64,000 bases of DNA, from the NCBI RefSeq assembly GCF_964355755.1, contig NC_092676.1:19300871-19364870 (forward strand). Reading direction: 5' to 3'. Every line of letters begins with the position of its first letter. Position 1 is the stretch's first letter. Shown piece by piece: positions 1 through 13,185 of the stretch. Source of the stretch: Antedon mediterranea. Its lineage: Eukaryota; Animalia; Echinodermata. The notes beneath the pieces are model-generated. The model was given only the letters and a program-made list of their open reading frames with translations. It was not told the origin of the DNA and searched no databases. The position numbers and the translations under genes are program-made.

Positions 1-729
1 TCTACTTCCAGAATCTGAAATTTTAAATATTTTCACCTCGGAGTTTAGAATCTATGACTTTTTAAAAAAAGGCATAATTTTCAAAAATTTTTGAACTTTT
101 TCATCAAAAACGCGCGCAAATTGTTCAATTCTACGTGCTCGTATGACGTGATTTTAAGTCGAAATTGATTGAAAATTGGTAAATGTACTAGAAAAGGCTG
201 AAAAAACAAAAATCAAGCAAAAAAAAGACGTTTTTGCACTACGTGCGCACGCGCGCGTAAAAAATATGCGCACGCGTGGGAATTTTTGAAATGCTCAAAA
301 TGACCTGAAACGCGTAGAAAGTTGATTAGAAATGAATTTTTCGCAATTTGAAATTTTAAACGCGCGTGCGCGCGTAACTTTATGTCAAACATGCCATTTT
401 TAATCCATAGAAAGTTTTCCCTTGATATGACTTAAATGTTCACCAAGTGTCATTACAAAATGACTTTTGCTTTTTAGTCTATGTTAAATACGCGAAATTC
501 ATAAAATCGCGCGTAGCTTACGCTGCGCGACTCTAAAGTAAAAAAACGAGCTGTCCTGCACTTCTACACATAGAGGTAAATCTTCTGACAAAGTTATACG
601 ATGTAATGTTGATCAGAATTTGAGATACACGTGACACAAAATTTTGGGAAAGAAAGAAGAATAACATAGAAAAAAAAAAAAAAGATCCTGACAATAACAA
701 GAGGTTATCCGCCAAGAGCGGATAACCAA
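1..729 (-). mobile_element. Family A element, cut by window edge, head intact
   Basis: Body plus head GGTTATCCGC-caaga-GCGGATAACC-AA ending at 729. Confidence 0.8.
703..729 (-). other. Representative 5' head hairpin (10-bp stem, 5-nt loop) and terminal TT
   Basis: GGTTATCCGC-caaga-GCGGATAACC-AA on + strand. Confidence 0.85.
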
Positions 730-772
730 CTAGATTTGAACTCGTCACTACGGACGAGTTAGGTTATCCGCA
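730..772 (-). other. Representative 3' terminus: subTIR, 8-bp hairpin, 5 nt, CTAG
   Basis: CTAG-ATTTG-AACTCGTC-actacg-GACGAGTT-A-GGTTATCCGCA on + strand; Helitron-type CTRR end with a subterminal hairpin. Confidence 0.85.
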
Positions 773-1877
773 GTCCTAAAGCCACGTGCACGTCATACGT
801 TGGAATATTGCGCGCAGAAAAACGATTATGCCATTGAAAAAAATGTTAGTGAGCCCTCTATTTTGTGTCACGTCTAAGTATATACGGTATACGCTATATA
901 CTGTATACGTACTACATACAGTTCAGAATAGGTGAAAATAAGTGACCAAAGTTATTGACGCTTTTGCAAATGATGACATCATAACAATCTTAAAAATTGT
1001 TAACCATGCGAAAGATAATTGATTGACCTAGACAATATAACAAAATGGGGGGAAATGGAATGCGGATAAGTAGAGATGCGCTCTATTAAATGTGATGAGC
1101 TATGCGAAAGAGACAAAAATCCTATATTTTATATTCAAGTGGCCATACGATGACATCACAATGTCCGGTTAGCCATATTGATGCATGATTTGATATCTGC
1201 AACTCATCTGCTACCAGAATATGTAATTATAAAAAAGTTCACCACGTAGTTTAGAATCTATGATTGTTTAAAAAAAGGCATAATTTTGACAAATTTTTGA
1301 ACTTTTTCATCAAAAATGCGCGTAAATTGTTTAATTCTACGTGCTCGTATGACGTGATTTTAAGTCGAAATTGTTTGAAAGTTGGTAAATTTACTAAAAA
1401 AGACAGGAAAAACAAAAATCAAGCAAAAAAATTATGTTTTTGCGCTACGTGCGCACGCGCGCGTAAAAAAATTGCGCACGCGTGGGAATTTTTCAAATGC
1501 TCAAAATGACATAAAACGCGTAGAAAGTTGATTAGAAATTGATTTTTCGCATTTTGAAATTTTAAACGCGCGTGCACGCGTAACTTTTTGTAAAACATGC
1601 CATTTTTAATCCATAGAAAGTTTGCGCTTGATATGACTTAAATTTTCACCAAGTTTCATTACAAAATGACTTTTGATTTCTAAGCTATGATCAATCATTG
1701 AAATTCATAAAATCGCGCGTAACTTACGCTGCGCGACTCTAAAGTTAAAAAACGAAACGTCCTGCACATCTACAGCTAGAGGTCAACCTTATGACAAAGT
1801 TACACAATCTTATATTGGCCAGAATTAGAGATACGCTGCGAACAAAATTCCGGGAAAGAAAGAAGAATAAGATAGAA
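730..1877 (-). mobile_element. Family A element, headless (interrupted in A-tract)
   Basis: CTAG at 730; ends GATAGAA then next CTAG at 1878. Confidence 0.8.
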
Positions 1878-3024
1878 CTAGATTTGAACTCGTCACTACG
1901 GACGAGTTAGGTTATCCGCAGCGCAAAAGCCACGTGCACGTCATACATTAGAATATTGCGCGCAAAAAAACGATAAAAATGTTAGTGCGCTCTCGATTTT
2001 GCGTCACGTCTAAGTATATACGGTATAACACTATATACTGTATACGTACTACATACAGTGCAGAATAGGTGAAAATAAGTGACCAAAGTTATTGACGCAT
2101 TTGAACATGATGACGTCATCACAATTTTAAAAATGGTGAATCATGGGAAAGATAATTGATTGACCTAGACAATAATAAAAAAAATGATGGAATTGGAACA
2201 CGGATAAAGGAGATGCGCTCTATTAAATGTGACGAGCTATGACGAAAGAGAAAAAAATCCTATATTTCATATTCGAGTGACCAAACGATGACGTCACAAT
2301 GTCCGGTTAGCCATATCGATACATGATTCTACATCTACAACTCATCAACTTTCAGAATGTCTAATTTAAAAAAAGTTCACCTCGTAGTTTACAATCTATG
2401 ACTGTTTTAAAAAAGACATAATTTTGACGAATTTTTGAACTTTTTCTTCAAAAACGCGCGCAAATTGTTCAATTCTACGTGCTCGTATGACGTGATTTTA
2501 AGTCGAAATTGATTGAAAATTGGTAAATTTACTAGAAAAGGCTGTAAAAACAAAAATCAAGCAAAAAAAAGATGTTTTTGCGCTACGTGCGCACGCGCGC
2601 GTAAAAAAATGCGCACGCGTGGGAATTTTTGAAATTCTCAAAATGACCGGAAACGCGTAGAAAGTTGATTAGAAATTGATTTTACGCATTTTGAAATTTT
2701 AAACGCGCGTGCGAGCGTAACTTTCTGTAAAACATGCCATTTTTAATCCATACAAAGTTTTCAGTTGATATGACTTAAATTTTCACTAAGTTTCAAAACA
2801 AAATGAGTTCTAGTTTTTAATCTATGATCAATCATTGAAATTCATAAAATCGCACGTAACTTACGCTGCGCGACTCTAAAGTCAAAAAACGAAACGTCCT
2901 GCACATCTACAGCTACGGATCAATCTTATGACAAAGTTACACAATCTTATGTTCTCCAAAATTAGAGATACGCTGCGAACAAAATTCCGGGAAAGAAAGA
3001 AGAATAAGATAGAAAAAAAAAAAA
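1878..3024 (-). mobile_element. Family A element, headless
   Basis: CTAG at 1878; ends in A-run before CTAG 3025. Confidence 0.8.
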
Positions 3025-4176
3025 CTAGATTTGAACTCGTCACTACGGACGAGTTAGGTTATCCGCAGCGCAAAAGCCACGTGCACGTCGTACGTTAGAA
3101 TATTGCGGGCAAAAAAACGATTATGGCATTGAAAAAATGTTAGTGCGCTCTCTATTTTGTGTCAAGTCAAAGTGTATACGGTATACACTATATACTGTAT
3201 ACGTACTACGTACAGTGCAGAATAGGTGAAAATAAGTGACCAAAGTTATTGACGCTTTTGGACATGATGACGTCATCACAATTTTTAAAATGGTGAATCA
3301 TGCGAAAGATAATTGATTGACCTAGACAATATAAAAAAATGGAGGGCAATGGAATACGGATAAGTGGAGATGCGCTCTATTAAATGTGATGAGCTATACG
3401 AAAGAGAAAAAAATCCTATATTTTATATTCCAGTGGCCATACGATGACGTCACAATGTCCTGTTAGCCATATTGATACATGATTCGATATCTACAACTCA
3501 TCTACTACCAGAATATGTAATAATAAAAAAGTTTACCACGTAGTTTAGAATCTATGACTGTTTAAAAAAAGGCATAATTTTGACAAATTTTTGGACTTTT
3601 TCATCAAAATTGCGCGCAAATTGTTTAATTCTACGTGCTCGTATGACGAGATTTTAAGGCAAAATTGATTGAAAATTGGTAAATTTATTATAAAAGACAG
3701 AAAAAACAAAAATCAAGCAAAAAAAAGATGTTTTTGCTCTACGTGCGCACGCGCGCGTAAGAAAATTGCGCACGCGTGGGAATTTTTGAAATGCTCAAAA
3801 TGACATGAAACGCGTAGAAAGTTGATTAGATATTGATTTTTCGCATTTTGAAATTTTAAATACGCGTGCGCGCGTAAATTTTTATGAAACATGCCATTTT
3901 TAATCCATAGAAAGTTTGCGCATTATATGACTTAAATGTTCACCAAGTTTCAATACAAAACGACTTTTAGTTTTTATTCTATGATCAATCATTGAAATTC
4001 ACAAAATCGCGCGTAACTTACGCTGCGCGACTCGAAATTTGAAAAAAAAAGTTTCTTACACATCTACAGCTACAGGGCAATCTTTTGACAAAGTTATACA
4101 ATCATATGTTGGCCAGAATTAGAGATACGCTGCGCACAAAAAATGGGGGAGAAGGGTGGAAGGAAACAAATAAATA
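3025..4176 (-). mobile_element. Family A element with variant purine-rich end (AAATAAATA), no head hairpin
   Basis: Ends GGGGGAGAAGGGTGGAAGGAAACAAATAAATA|CTAG. Confidence 0.75.
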
Positions 4177-5382
4177 CTAGACTTGAACTCGTCACTTCGG
4201 ACGAGTTAGGTTATCCGCAGCGCAAAGGCCACGTGCACGTCATACGTTAGAATATTGCGCGCAGAAAAACGATTATGCCATTGAAAAAATGTTAGTGCGC
4301 TCTCTATTTTGTGTCACGTCAAAGTATATACGGTATACGCTATATTCTGTATACGTACTACATACAGTGCAGAATAGGTGAAAATAAGGGACCCAAGTTA
4401 TTGACGCTTTTGGACATAATGACGTCATCACAATTTAAAAAATTCTAGATCATGCGAAAGATAATTGATTGGCCTAGACAATATAACAAAATGGGAGGAA
4501 ATGGAATACGGATAAGTGGAGATGCGCTCTATTAAATGTGATGAGCTATGCGAAAGAGACAAAAATCCTATATTTTATATTCGAGTGGCCATACGATGAC
4601 GTCACAATGTCCGCTTAGCCATATGGATGCATGATTTGATATCTACAACTCATCTACTTCCAGAATCTGAAATTTTAAAAATGTTCACCACGGAGTTTAG
4701 AATATATGACTTTTTAAAGAAAGGCATAATTTTCACGAATTTTTGAACTTTTTCATCAAAAACACGCGCAAATTTTTCAATTCTACGTGCTCATATGACG
4801 TGATTTTAAATCGAAATTGATTGAAAATTGGTAAATTTACTAGAAAAGGGTGGAAAAACAAAAATCAAGCAAAAAAAAGATGTTTTTGCGCTACGTGCGC
4901 ACGCGCGCGTAAAAAAATTGCGCACGCACGGGAATTTTTGAAATGCTCAAAATGACCTGAAACGCGTAGAAAGTTGATTAGAAATAAATTTTACGCATTT
5001 TGAAATTTTAAACGCGCGTGCGCGCGTAATTTTCTGTAAAACATGCCATTTTTAATCCATACAAAGTTTGCAGTAGATATGACTTAAATTTTCACTAAGT
5101 TTCAAAACAAAATGACTTCTAGTTTTTAATCTATGATCAATCATTGAAATTCATAAAATCACACGTAACTTACGCTGCGCGACTCTAAAATCAAAAAACG
5201 AAACGTCCTGCACATCTACAGCTACGTGTCAATCTTATGACAAAGTTACACAATCTTATGTTCACCAGAATTAGAGATACGCTGCGAACAAAATTCCGGG
5301 AAAGAAAGAAGAATAAGATAGAAAAAAAAAAAAAAAGATCCTGACAATAACAAGGGGTTATCCGCCAAGTGCGGATAACCAA
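4177..5382 (-). mobile_element. Family A element, complete; followed by orphan head 5383-5431
   Basis: CTAG 4177 to GGATAACCAA 5382, then second AAAGATCC...GGATAACCAA. Confidence 0.82.
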
Positions 5383-5431
5383 AAAGATCCTGACAATAAC
5401 AAGGGGTTATCCGCCAAGTGCGGATAACCAA

Positions 5432-6637
5432 CTAGATTTGAACTCGTCACTTCGGACGAGTTAGGTTATCCGCAGCGCAAAAGCCACGTGCACGTCATAC
5501 GTTAGAATATTGCGCGCAGAAAAACGATTACGCCATTGAAAAAATGTTAGTGCGTTCTCTACTTTGCGTCACGTCTAAGTGTATACGGTATACACTATAT
5601 ACTGTATACGTACTACATACAGTGCAGAATAGGTGAAAAGAAGTTACCAAAGTTATTGACGCTTTTGAACATGATGACGTAATAACAATTAAAAAAATTA
5701 TAAATCATGCGAAAGATAATTGATTGACCTAGACAAAATAAAAAATTTGAGGGAAATGGAATACGCATAAGTGGAGATGCGCTCTATTAAATGTGACTAG
5801 CTATGACGAAAGAGACAAAAATCCTATATTTCATATTCGAGTGGCCATATGATGACGTCACAATGTCCGGTTAGCCATATTCATGCATGATTTGATATCT
5901 ACAATTCATTTACTTCCAGAATCTGAAATTTTAAAAAAGTTCACCACGGAGTTTAGAATCTATGACAGTTTAAAAAAAGGCATAATTTTGACAAATTTTT
6001 GAACTTTTTCATCAAAAATGCGCGCAAATTGTTTAATTCTACGTGCTCGTATGACGTGATTTTAAGTCGAAATTGATTTAAAATTGATAAATTTACTAGA
6101 AAAGGCTGAAAAAACAAAAATCAAGCAAAAAAAAGATGTTTTTGCGCTAGGTGCGCACGCGCGCGTAAAAAAATTGCGCACGCCTGCGAATTTTTGAAAT
6201 GCTCAAAATGACATGAAACGCATAGAAAGTTGATTAGAAATTAATTTTTTGCATTTTTAAATTTTAAACGCGCGTGCGCGCGTAACCTTTTGTGAAACAT
6301 GCCATTTTTAATCCATAGAAAGTTTGCGCATAATATGACTTAAATTTTCACCAACTTTCAATACAAAATGACTTTCAGTTTTTATTCTATGATGAATCAT
6401 TGAAATTCATAAAATCGCGCGTAACTTACGCTGCGCGACACGAAATTTGAAAAAAAAAGTTTCTTGCACATCTACAGCTACAGGGCAATCTTTAGACAAA
6501 GTTATACAATCATATGTTGCCCAGAATTAGAGATACGCTGCGAACAAAAATCGTGGAAAGAAAGAAGAAAATAGAAGAAAAAGAAAAAAAAGATCCTGAC
6601 AATAACAAGGGGTTATCCGCCAAGTGCGGATAACCAA
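5432..6637 (-). mobile_element. Family A element, complete
   Basis: Both termini; residual A-run 6638-6643. Confidence 0.82.
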
Positions 6638-6643
6638 AAAAAA

Positions 6644-7863
6644 CTAGATTTGAACTCGTCACTACGGACGAGTTAGGTTATCCGCAGCGCAAAAGCCACG
6701 TGCACGTCATACGTTAGAATAGTGCGCGCAAAAAAATAAAACGATTATGGCATGCATTGAAAAATGTTAGTGCGCTCTCTATGTTGCGTCGCGTCTAAGT
6801 ATATACGGTATAACACTATATACTGTATACGTACTACATACAGTGCAGAATAGGTGAAAATAAGTGACCAAAGTTATTGACGCATTTGAACATGATGACG
6901 TCATCACAATTTTTAAAATGGTGGATCATGCGAAAGGTAATTGATTGATCTAGACAATATAAAAAAATTGAGTGAAATGGAATAAGGATAAGTAGAGATG
7001 CGCTCTATTAAATTGACGAGCTATGACGAAAGAGAAAAAAATCCTATATTTTATATTCGGGTGGCCATACGATGACGTCACAATGTCTGGTTAGCCATAT
7101 CAATGCATGATTCGAGAAAAACAACTCATCTACTTCCAGAATCGGAAATTTTAAATATTTTCACCTCTGAGTTTAGAATCTATGACTTTTTAAAAAAAGG
7201 CATAATTTTCACAAATTTTTGAACTTTTTCATCAAAAACGCGCGCAAATTGTTCAATTCTACGTGCTCGTATGACGTGATTTTAAGTCGAAATTCATTGA
7301 AAATTGGTAAATGTACTAGAAAAGGCTGAAAAAACAAAAATCAAGCAAAAAAAAGATGTTTTTGCGCTACGTGCGCACGCGCGCCTAAAAAATATGCGCA
7401 CGCGTGGGAATTTTTGAAAAGCTCAAAATGACCTGAAACGCGTAGAAAGTTGATTAGAAATGAATTTTTCGCAACTTGAAATTTTAAACGCGCGTGCGCG
7501 CGTAACTTTATGTCCAACATGCCATTTTTAATCCATAGAAAGTTTGCCCTTGATATGACTTAAATGTTCACCAAGTGTCATTACAAAATGACTTTTGCTT
7601 TTTAGTCTATGTTAAATACGCGAAATTCATAAAATCGCGCGTAGCTTACGCTGCGCGACTCGAAATTCAAAAAAAAAAGTTTGTTGCACATCTACAGCTA
7701 CAGAGCAATCTTTTGACAAAGTTATACAATCATATGTTGGCCAAAATTAGAGATACGCTGCGAACAAAAATCGTGGAAAGAAAGAAGAACATAGAAAAAA
7801 AAAAAGAAAAAAAAAAAGATCCTGACAATAACAAGGGGTTATCCGCCAAGTGCGGATAACCAA
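6644..7863 (-). mobile_element. Family A element, complete
   Basis: Both termini; residual AAAGAAAAAA 7864-7873. Confidence 0.82.
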
Positions 7864-7873
7864 AAAGAAAAAA

Positions 7874-9092
7874 CTAGATTTGAACTCGTCACTACGGACG
7901 AGTTAGGTTATCCGCAGTCCTATAGCCACGTGCACGTCATACGTTGGAATATTGCGCGCAGAAAAACGATTAAGTAATTGAAACAATTTCAGCGTGCTCT
8001 TTATTTTTCGTCACGTCTGAGTATATACGGTATACACTATATACTGTATACGTACTACATACAGTGCAGAATAGGTGAAAATAAGTGACCAAAGTTATTG
8101 ACGCTTTTGAACATGATGACGTCATCACAATTTTTAAAATGGTGAATCGTGCGAAAGATAATTGATAGACCTAGACAACATAAAAAAAATGGGGGGAAAT
8201 GGAATACAAATAAGTGGAGATGCGCTATATTAAATGTGACGAGCTACGAGGAAAGAGACAAAAATCCTATATTTTATATTCGAGTGGCCATATGATGACG
8301 TCACAATGTCCGGTTAGCCATATTGATGCATGATTTGATATCTGCAACTCATCTACTACCAGAATATGTAATTATAAAAAAGTTCACCACGTAGTTTAGA
8401 ATTTATGACTGTTTAAAAAAAGGCATAATTTTGACTAATTTTTGAACTTTTTCATCAAAAATGCGCGTAAATTGTTTAATTCTACGTGCTCGTATGACGT
8501 GATTTTAAGTCGAAATTGTTTGAAAGTTGGTAAATTTTCTAAAAAAGATAGGAAAAACAAAAATCAAGCAAAAAAATGATGTTTTTGCGCTACGTGCGCA
8601 CGTGCGCGTAAAAAAATTGCGCACGCGTGGGAATTTTTGAAATGCTCAAAATGACATGAAACGCGTAGAAAGTTGATTAGATATTGATTTTTCGCATTTT
8701 GAAATTTTAAACGCGCGTGCGCGCGTAACATTTTGTAAAACATGCCATTTTTAATCCATAGAAAGTTTGCGCATTATATGACTTAAATGTTCACCAAGTT
8801 TCAATACAAAATGAATTTTAGTTTTTAATCTATGATCAATCATTGAAATTCATAAAATCGCGCGTAACTTACGCTGCGCGACTCGAAATTCATAAAAAAA
8901 AGTTTCTTGCACATCTACAGCTACAGGGCAATCTTATGACAAAGTTATACAATCATTTGTTAGCCAGAATTAGAGATATGCTTGCAACAAAATTCGTGGA
9001 AAGAAAGAAGAAAAAAGAAAAAAAAGAAAAAAAATAAAAAAAAAAAGATCCTGACAATAACAAGGGGTTATCCGCCAAGTGCGGATAACCAA
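7874..9092 (-). mobile_element. Family A element, complete; orphan head 9093-9141
   Basis: Both termini plus second head. Confidence 0.82.
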
Positions 9093-9141
9093 AAAGATCC
9101 TGACAATAACAAGAGGTTATCCGCCAAGTGCGGATAACCAA

Positions 9142-10284
9142 CTAGATTTGAACTCGTCACTTCGGACGAGTTAGGTTATCCGCAGCGCAAAGGCCACGTG
9201 CACGTCATACGTTAGAATATTGCACGCAGAAAAACGATTATGCCATTGAAATAATGTTAGTGCGCTCTCTATTTTGCGTCACGTCAAAGTATATACGGTA
9301 TACGCTATATTCTGTATACGTACTACATACAGTGCAGAATAGGTGAAAATAAGGGACCCAAGTTATTGACGCTTTTGCACATGATGACGTCATCACAATT
9401 TAAAAAATGGTAGATTATGTGAAAGATAATTGATTGGCCTAGACAATATAACAAAATGGGGGGAAATGGAATACGGATAAGTGGCGATGCGCTCTATTAA
9501 ATGTGATGAGCTATGCGAAAGAGACAAAAATCCTATATTTTATATTCGAGTGGCCATACGATGACGTCACAATGTCCGGTTAGCCATATCGATGCATGAT
9601 TTGATATTTACAACTTATCTACTTCCAGAATCTGATATTTTAAAAATTTTCACCTAGGAGTTTAGAATCTATGACTTTTTAAAAAAAGGCATAATTTTCA
9701 CGAATTTTTGAACTTTTTCATCAAAAACGCGCTCAAATTGTTCAATTCTACGTGCTCGTATGACGTGATTTTAAGTTGAAATTGTTTGAAAGTTGGTAAA
9801 ATTACTAGAAAAGGCTAAAAAAACAAAAATCAAGCCAAAAAAACATGTTTTTGCCTTATTTGCGCACGCGCGCGTAAAAAAATTGCGCACGCTTGGGAAT
9901 TTTTGAAATGCTCAAAATGACATGAAACGCGTAGAAAGTTGATTAGAAATGAATTTTGCGCATTTTGAAATTTTGAACGCGCGTGCGCGCGTAACTTTAT
10001 GTAAAACATGCCATTTTTAATCCATACAAAGTTTGCGCATGATATAACTTAAATTTTCACCAAGTTTCAATAGAAAATGACTTTTTGTTTTTAATCTATG
10101 ATCAATCATTGAAATTCATAAAATTGCGCGTAACTTACGCTGCGCGACTCAAAATTCATAAAAAAAAGTTTCTTGCACATCTACAGCTACAGGGCAATCT
10201 TTTGACAAAGTTATACAATCATATGTTGGCCAGAGCTAGAGATACGCTGCGAACAAAATTCGTGGAAAGAAAGAAGAACATAGA

Positions 10285-10315
<31 letters not shown>

Positions 10316-10361
10316 GATCCTGACAATAACAAGAGGTTATCCGCCAAGTGCGGATAACCAA
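9142..10361 (-). mobile_element. Family A element, complete; orphan head 10362-10410
   Basis: Both termini plus second head. Confidence 0.82.
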
Positions 10362-10410
10362 AAAGATCCTGACAATAACAAGGGGTTATCCGCCAAGTGC
10401 GGATAACCAA

Positions 10411-11565
10411 CTAGATTTGAACTCGTCACTACGGACGAGTTAGGTTATCCGCAGTGCAAAAGCCACGTGCACGTCATACGTTAGAATAGTGCGCGCAAAA
10501 AAATAAAACGATTATGGCATTGAAAAATGTTAGTGCGCTCTCTATGTTGCGTCGCGTCTAAGTATATACGGTATAACACTATATACTGTATACGTACCGT
10601 ACTACATACAGTGCAGAATAGGTGAAAATAAGTGACCACAGTTATTGACGCATTTGAACATGATGACGTCATCACAATTTTTAAAGTGGTGGATCATGCG
10701 AAAGGTAATTGATTGATCTAGACAATATAAAAAAATTGAGTGAAATGGAATAAGGATAAGTAGAGATGCGCTCTATTAAATTGACGAGCTATGACGAAAG
10801 AGAAAAAAATCCTATATTTTATATTCGGGTGGCCATACGATGACGTCACAATGTCTGGTTAGCCATATCAATGCATGATTCGAGAAAAACAACTCATCTA
10901 CTTCCAGAATCTGAAATTTTAAATATTTTCACCTCGGAGTTTAGAATCTATGACTTTTTAAAAAAAGGCATAATTTTCACAAATTTTTTAACTTTTTCAT
11001 CAAAAACGCGCGCAAATTGTTCAATTCTACGTGCTCGTATGACGTGATTTTAAGTCGAAATTGATTGAAAATTGGTAAATGTACTAGAAAAAACTGAAAA
11101 AACAAAAATCAAGCAAAAAAAAGATGTTTTTGCGCTACGTGCGCACGCGCGCGTAAAAAATATGCGCACGCGTGGGAATTTTTGAAATGCTCAAAATGAC
11201 CTGAAACGCGTAGAAAGTTGATTAGAAATGAATTTTTCGCAATTTGAAATTTTAAACGCGCGTGCGCGCGTAACTTTATGTCAAACATGCCATTTTTAAT
11301 CCATAGAAAGTTTGCCCTTGATATGACTTAAATGTTCACCAAGTGTCATTACAAAATGACTTTTGCTTTTTAGTCTATGTTAAATACGCGAAATTCATAA
11401 AATCGCGCGTAGCTTACGCTGCGCGACTCTAAAGTAAAAAAACGAGCTGTCCTGCACTTCTACACATAGAGGTAAATCTTCTGACAAAGTTATACGATGT
11501 AATGTTGATCAGAATTTGAGATACACGTGACACAAAATTTTGGGAAAGAAAGAAGAATAACATAG

Positions 11566-11596
<31 letters not shown>

Positions 11597-11640
11597 TCCT
11601 GACAATAACAAGAGGTTATCCGCCAAGTGCGGATAACCAA
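10411..11640 (-). mobile_element. Family A element, complete (dominant subtype)
   Basis: Both termini; residual A-run 11641-11655. Confidence 0.82.
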
Positions 11641-13185
11641 AAAAAAAAAAAAAAACTAGACATGAAACTCGTCACTTTGACGAGTTAGTTATCCGCACGA
11701 CAAACGCCACGTGCACGTCATACGTTGGAATATTGCACAGAGATAAAAATTATGGCATTATGACCTGAACTGAAGAATATCATACGTTTTTAGTGCTGAA
11801 TTCAGTCTATTTTGTGTCATATAGTATATACATGCAAACAGTATAATCTGTATACATTATTACATACAGTGTAGAATAGGTGAAATTACGGAACCCCCAA
11901 TTTATTCAAATTTTTAACATGGTTAAGGTATCAAAATGAAACACTAAGATAGAAATTTCGGGAGGAAATTATCTCAGTAACAACATATTAACGTGTAAAA
12001 GAAATTCGAATACGTGAAATATTGATGCGCGTTCTTTTAAATGTAATGAATGATGACGCAAAATATGAAAATACGACATTTTTTATTTAACTGGCCATAT
12101 GATGACGTCACAACATGCGATTGGCAAAATGTTGACAGGATTTCGTATCTACAATCCAATAGCTTCCAGAAAATGTTTAATCGTGATTATCACATTTTAT
12201 TCTTACGAGCTACAACAGATAAAAATTTACTGTAAAGATGAAATTAATGACCCACGTAATTAAAATTTTTAGGCATGATGACCTCATAAAAATTTAAATA
12301 TTTTTAACTTGTGCGAAAGATAGTTGATTTACCTAGACAATATCAAAATCGGCGTGAAAATGGAAAACTGATAAGTGGCGATGCGTTCTACTAAATGTGA
12401 TGAGCTATGACGAAAGATACAAAAATCCTAAATTTTATATTCACGTGGCCATACGATGACGTCACAATGTCCGGTTAGCCATAAAAATACATGATCCGAT
12501 ATCTACAACTCATCAACTTCCAGAATTTGTCATCCACAAAAAGTTGATCGTGTAGTTTAGAAATTATGACTATTTAAAAAAAGGCATAATTTTGACAAAT
12601 TTTTGAACTTTTTCATCAATAACGCGCGCAAATTGTCCAATTCGACGTGCTCGTATGACGTAACTTTAAGTCGAAATTGTTTAAAAGTTGGTAAAATTAC
12701 TAGAAAAGGCTGGACAAATATAAATCACGCGAAAAAAATATGTTTTTAATGCTACGTGCGCACCACACACGTAAAAATTTGCGCACGCGTGGGAATTTTT
12801 GACATGCTTAAAATGACATGAAACTCGTAGAAAATTGAATAGAAATTAATTTTGCGCATTTTAAAATTTTAAATGCGCGTGCACGCGTAACTTTGTTTAA
12901 AACACGCAATTTTTTTTAACAGGAAGTTAGCGCATGACACAAATTAAACTTTTGCAAAGTTTCAGTTTAAAATCTTTTATGGTTTTCGATCTATGTTAAA
13001 TACGCGAAATTCATAAAATCGCACGTAAGTCACGTTGCACAACTCTGACGTCATTAAAAAATAGGAGGTGCACAAGTTCACGTAAATGCCCACATGTTGT
13101 CAAAGGTATGAAATGTTATGTTTACACATTTTAGAGAAACGCTCTACACAAAAATAGCGAGAAAGAAAGAAGAATAATACAGAAA

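Noticed and set aside
684-760. Rho-independent terminators or ncRNA hairpins
   Set aside because: There are no upstream genes, and the hairpins sit at insertion-defined element termini.
11565-11655. Poly(A) tails of SINE/LINE retroposons
   Set aside because: The A-tract is internal to the element with the head beyond it, there are no TSDs, and the opposite end is an invariant CTAG rather than a variable truncation.
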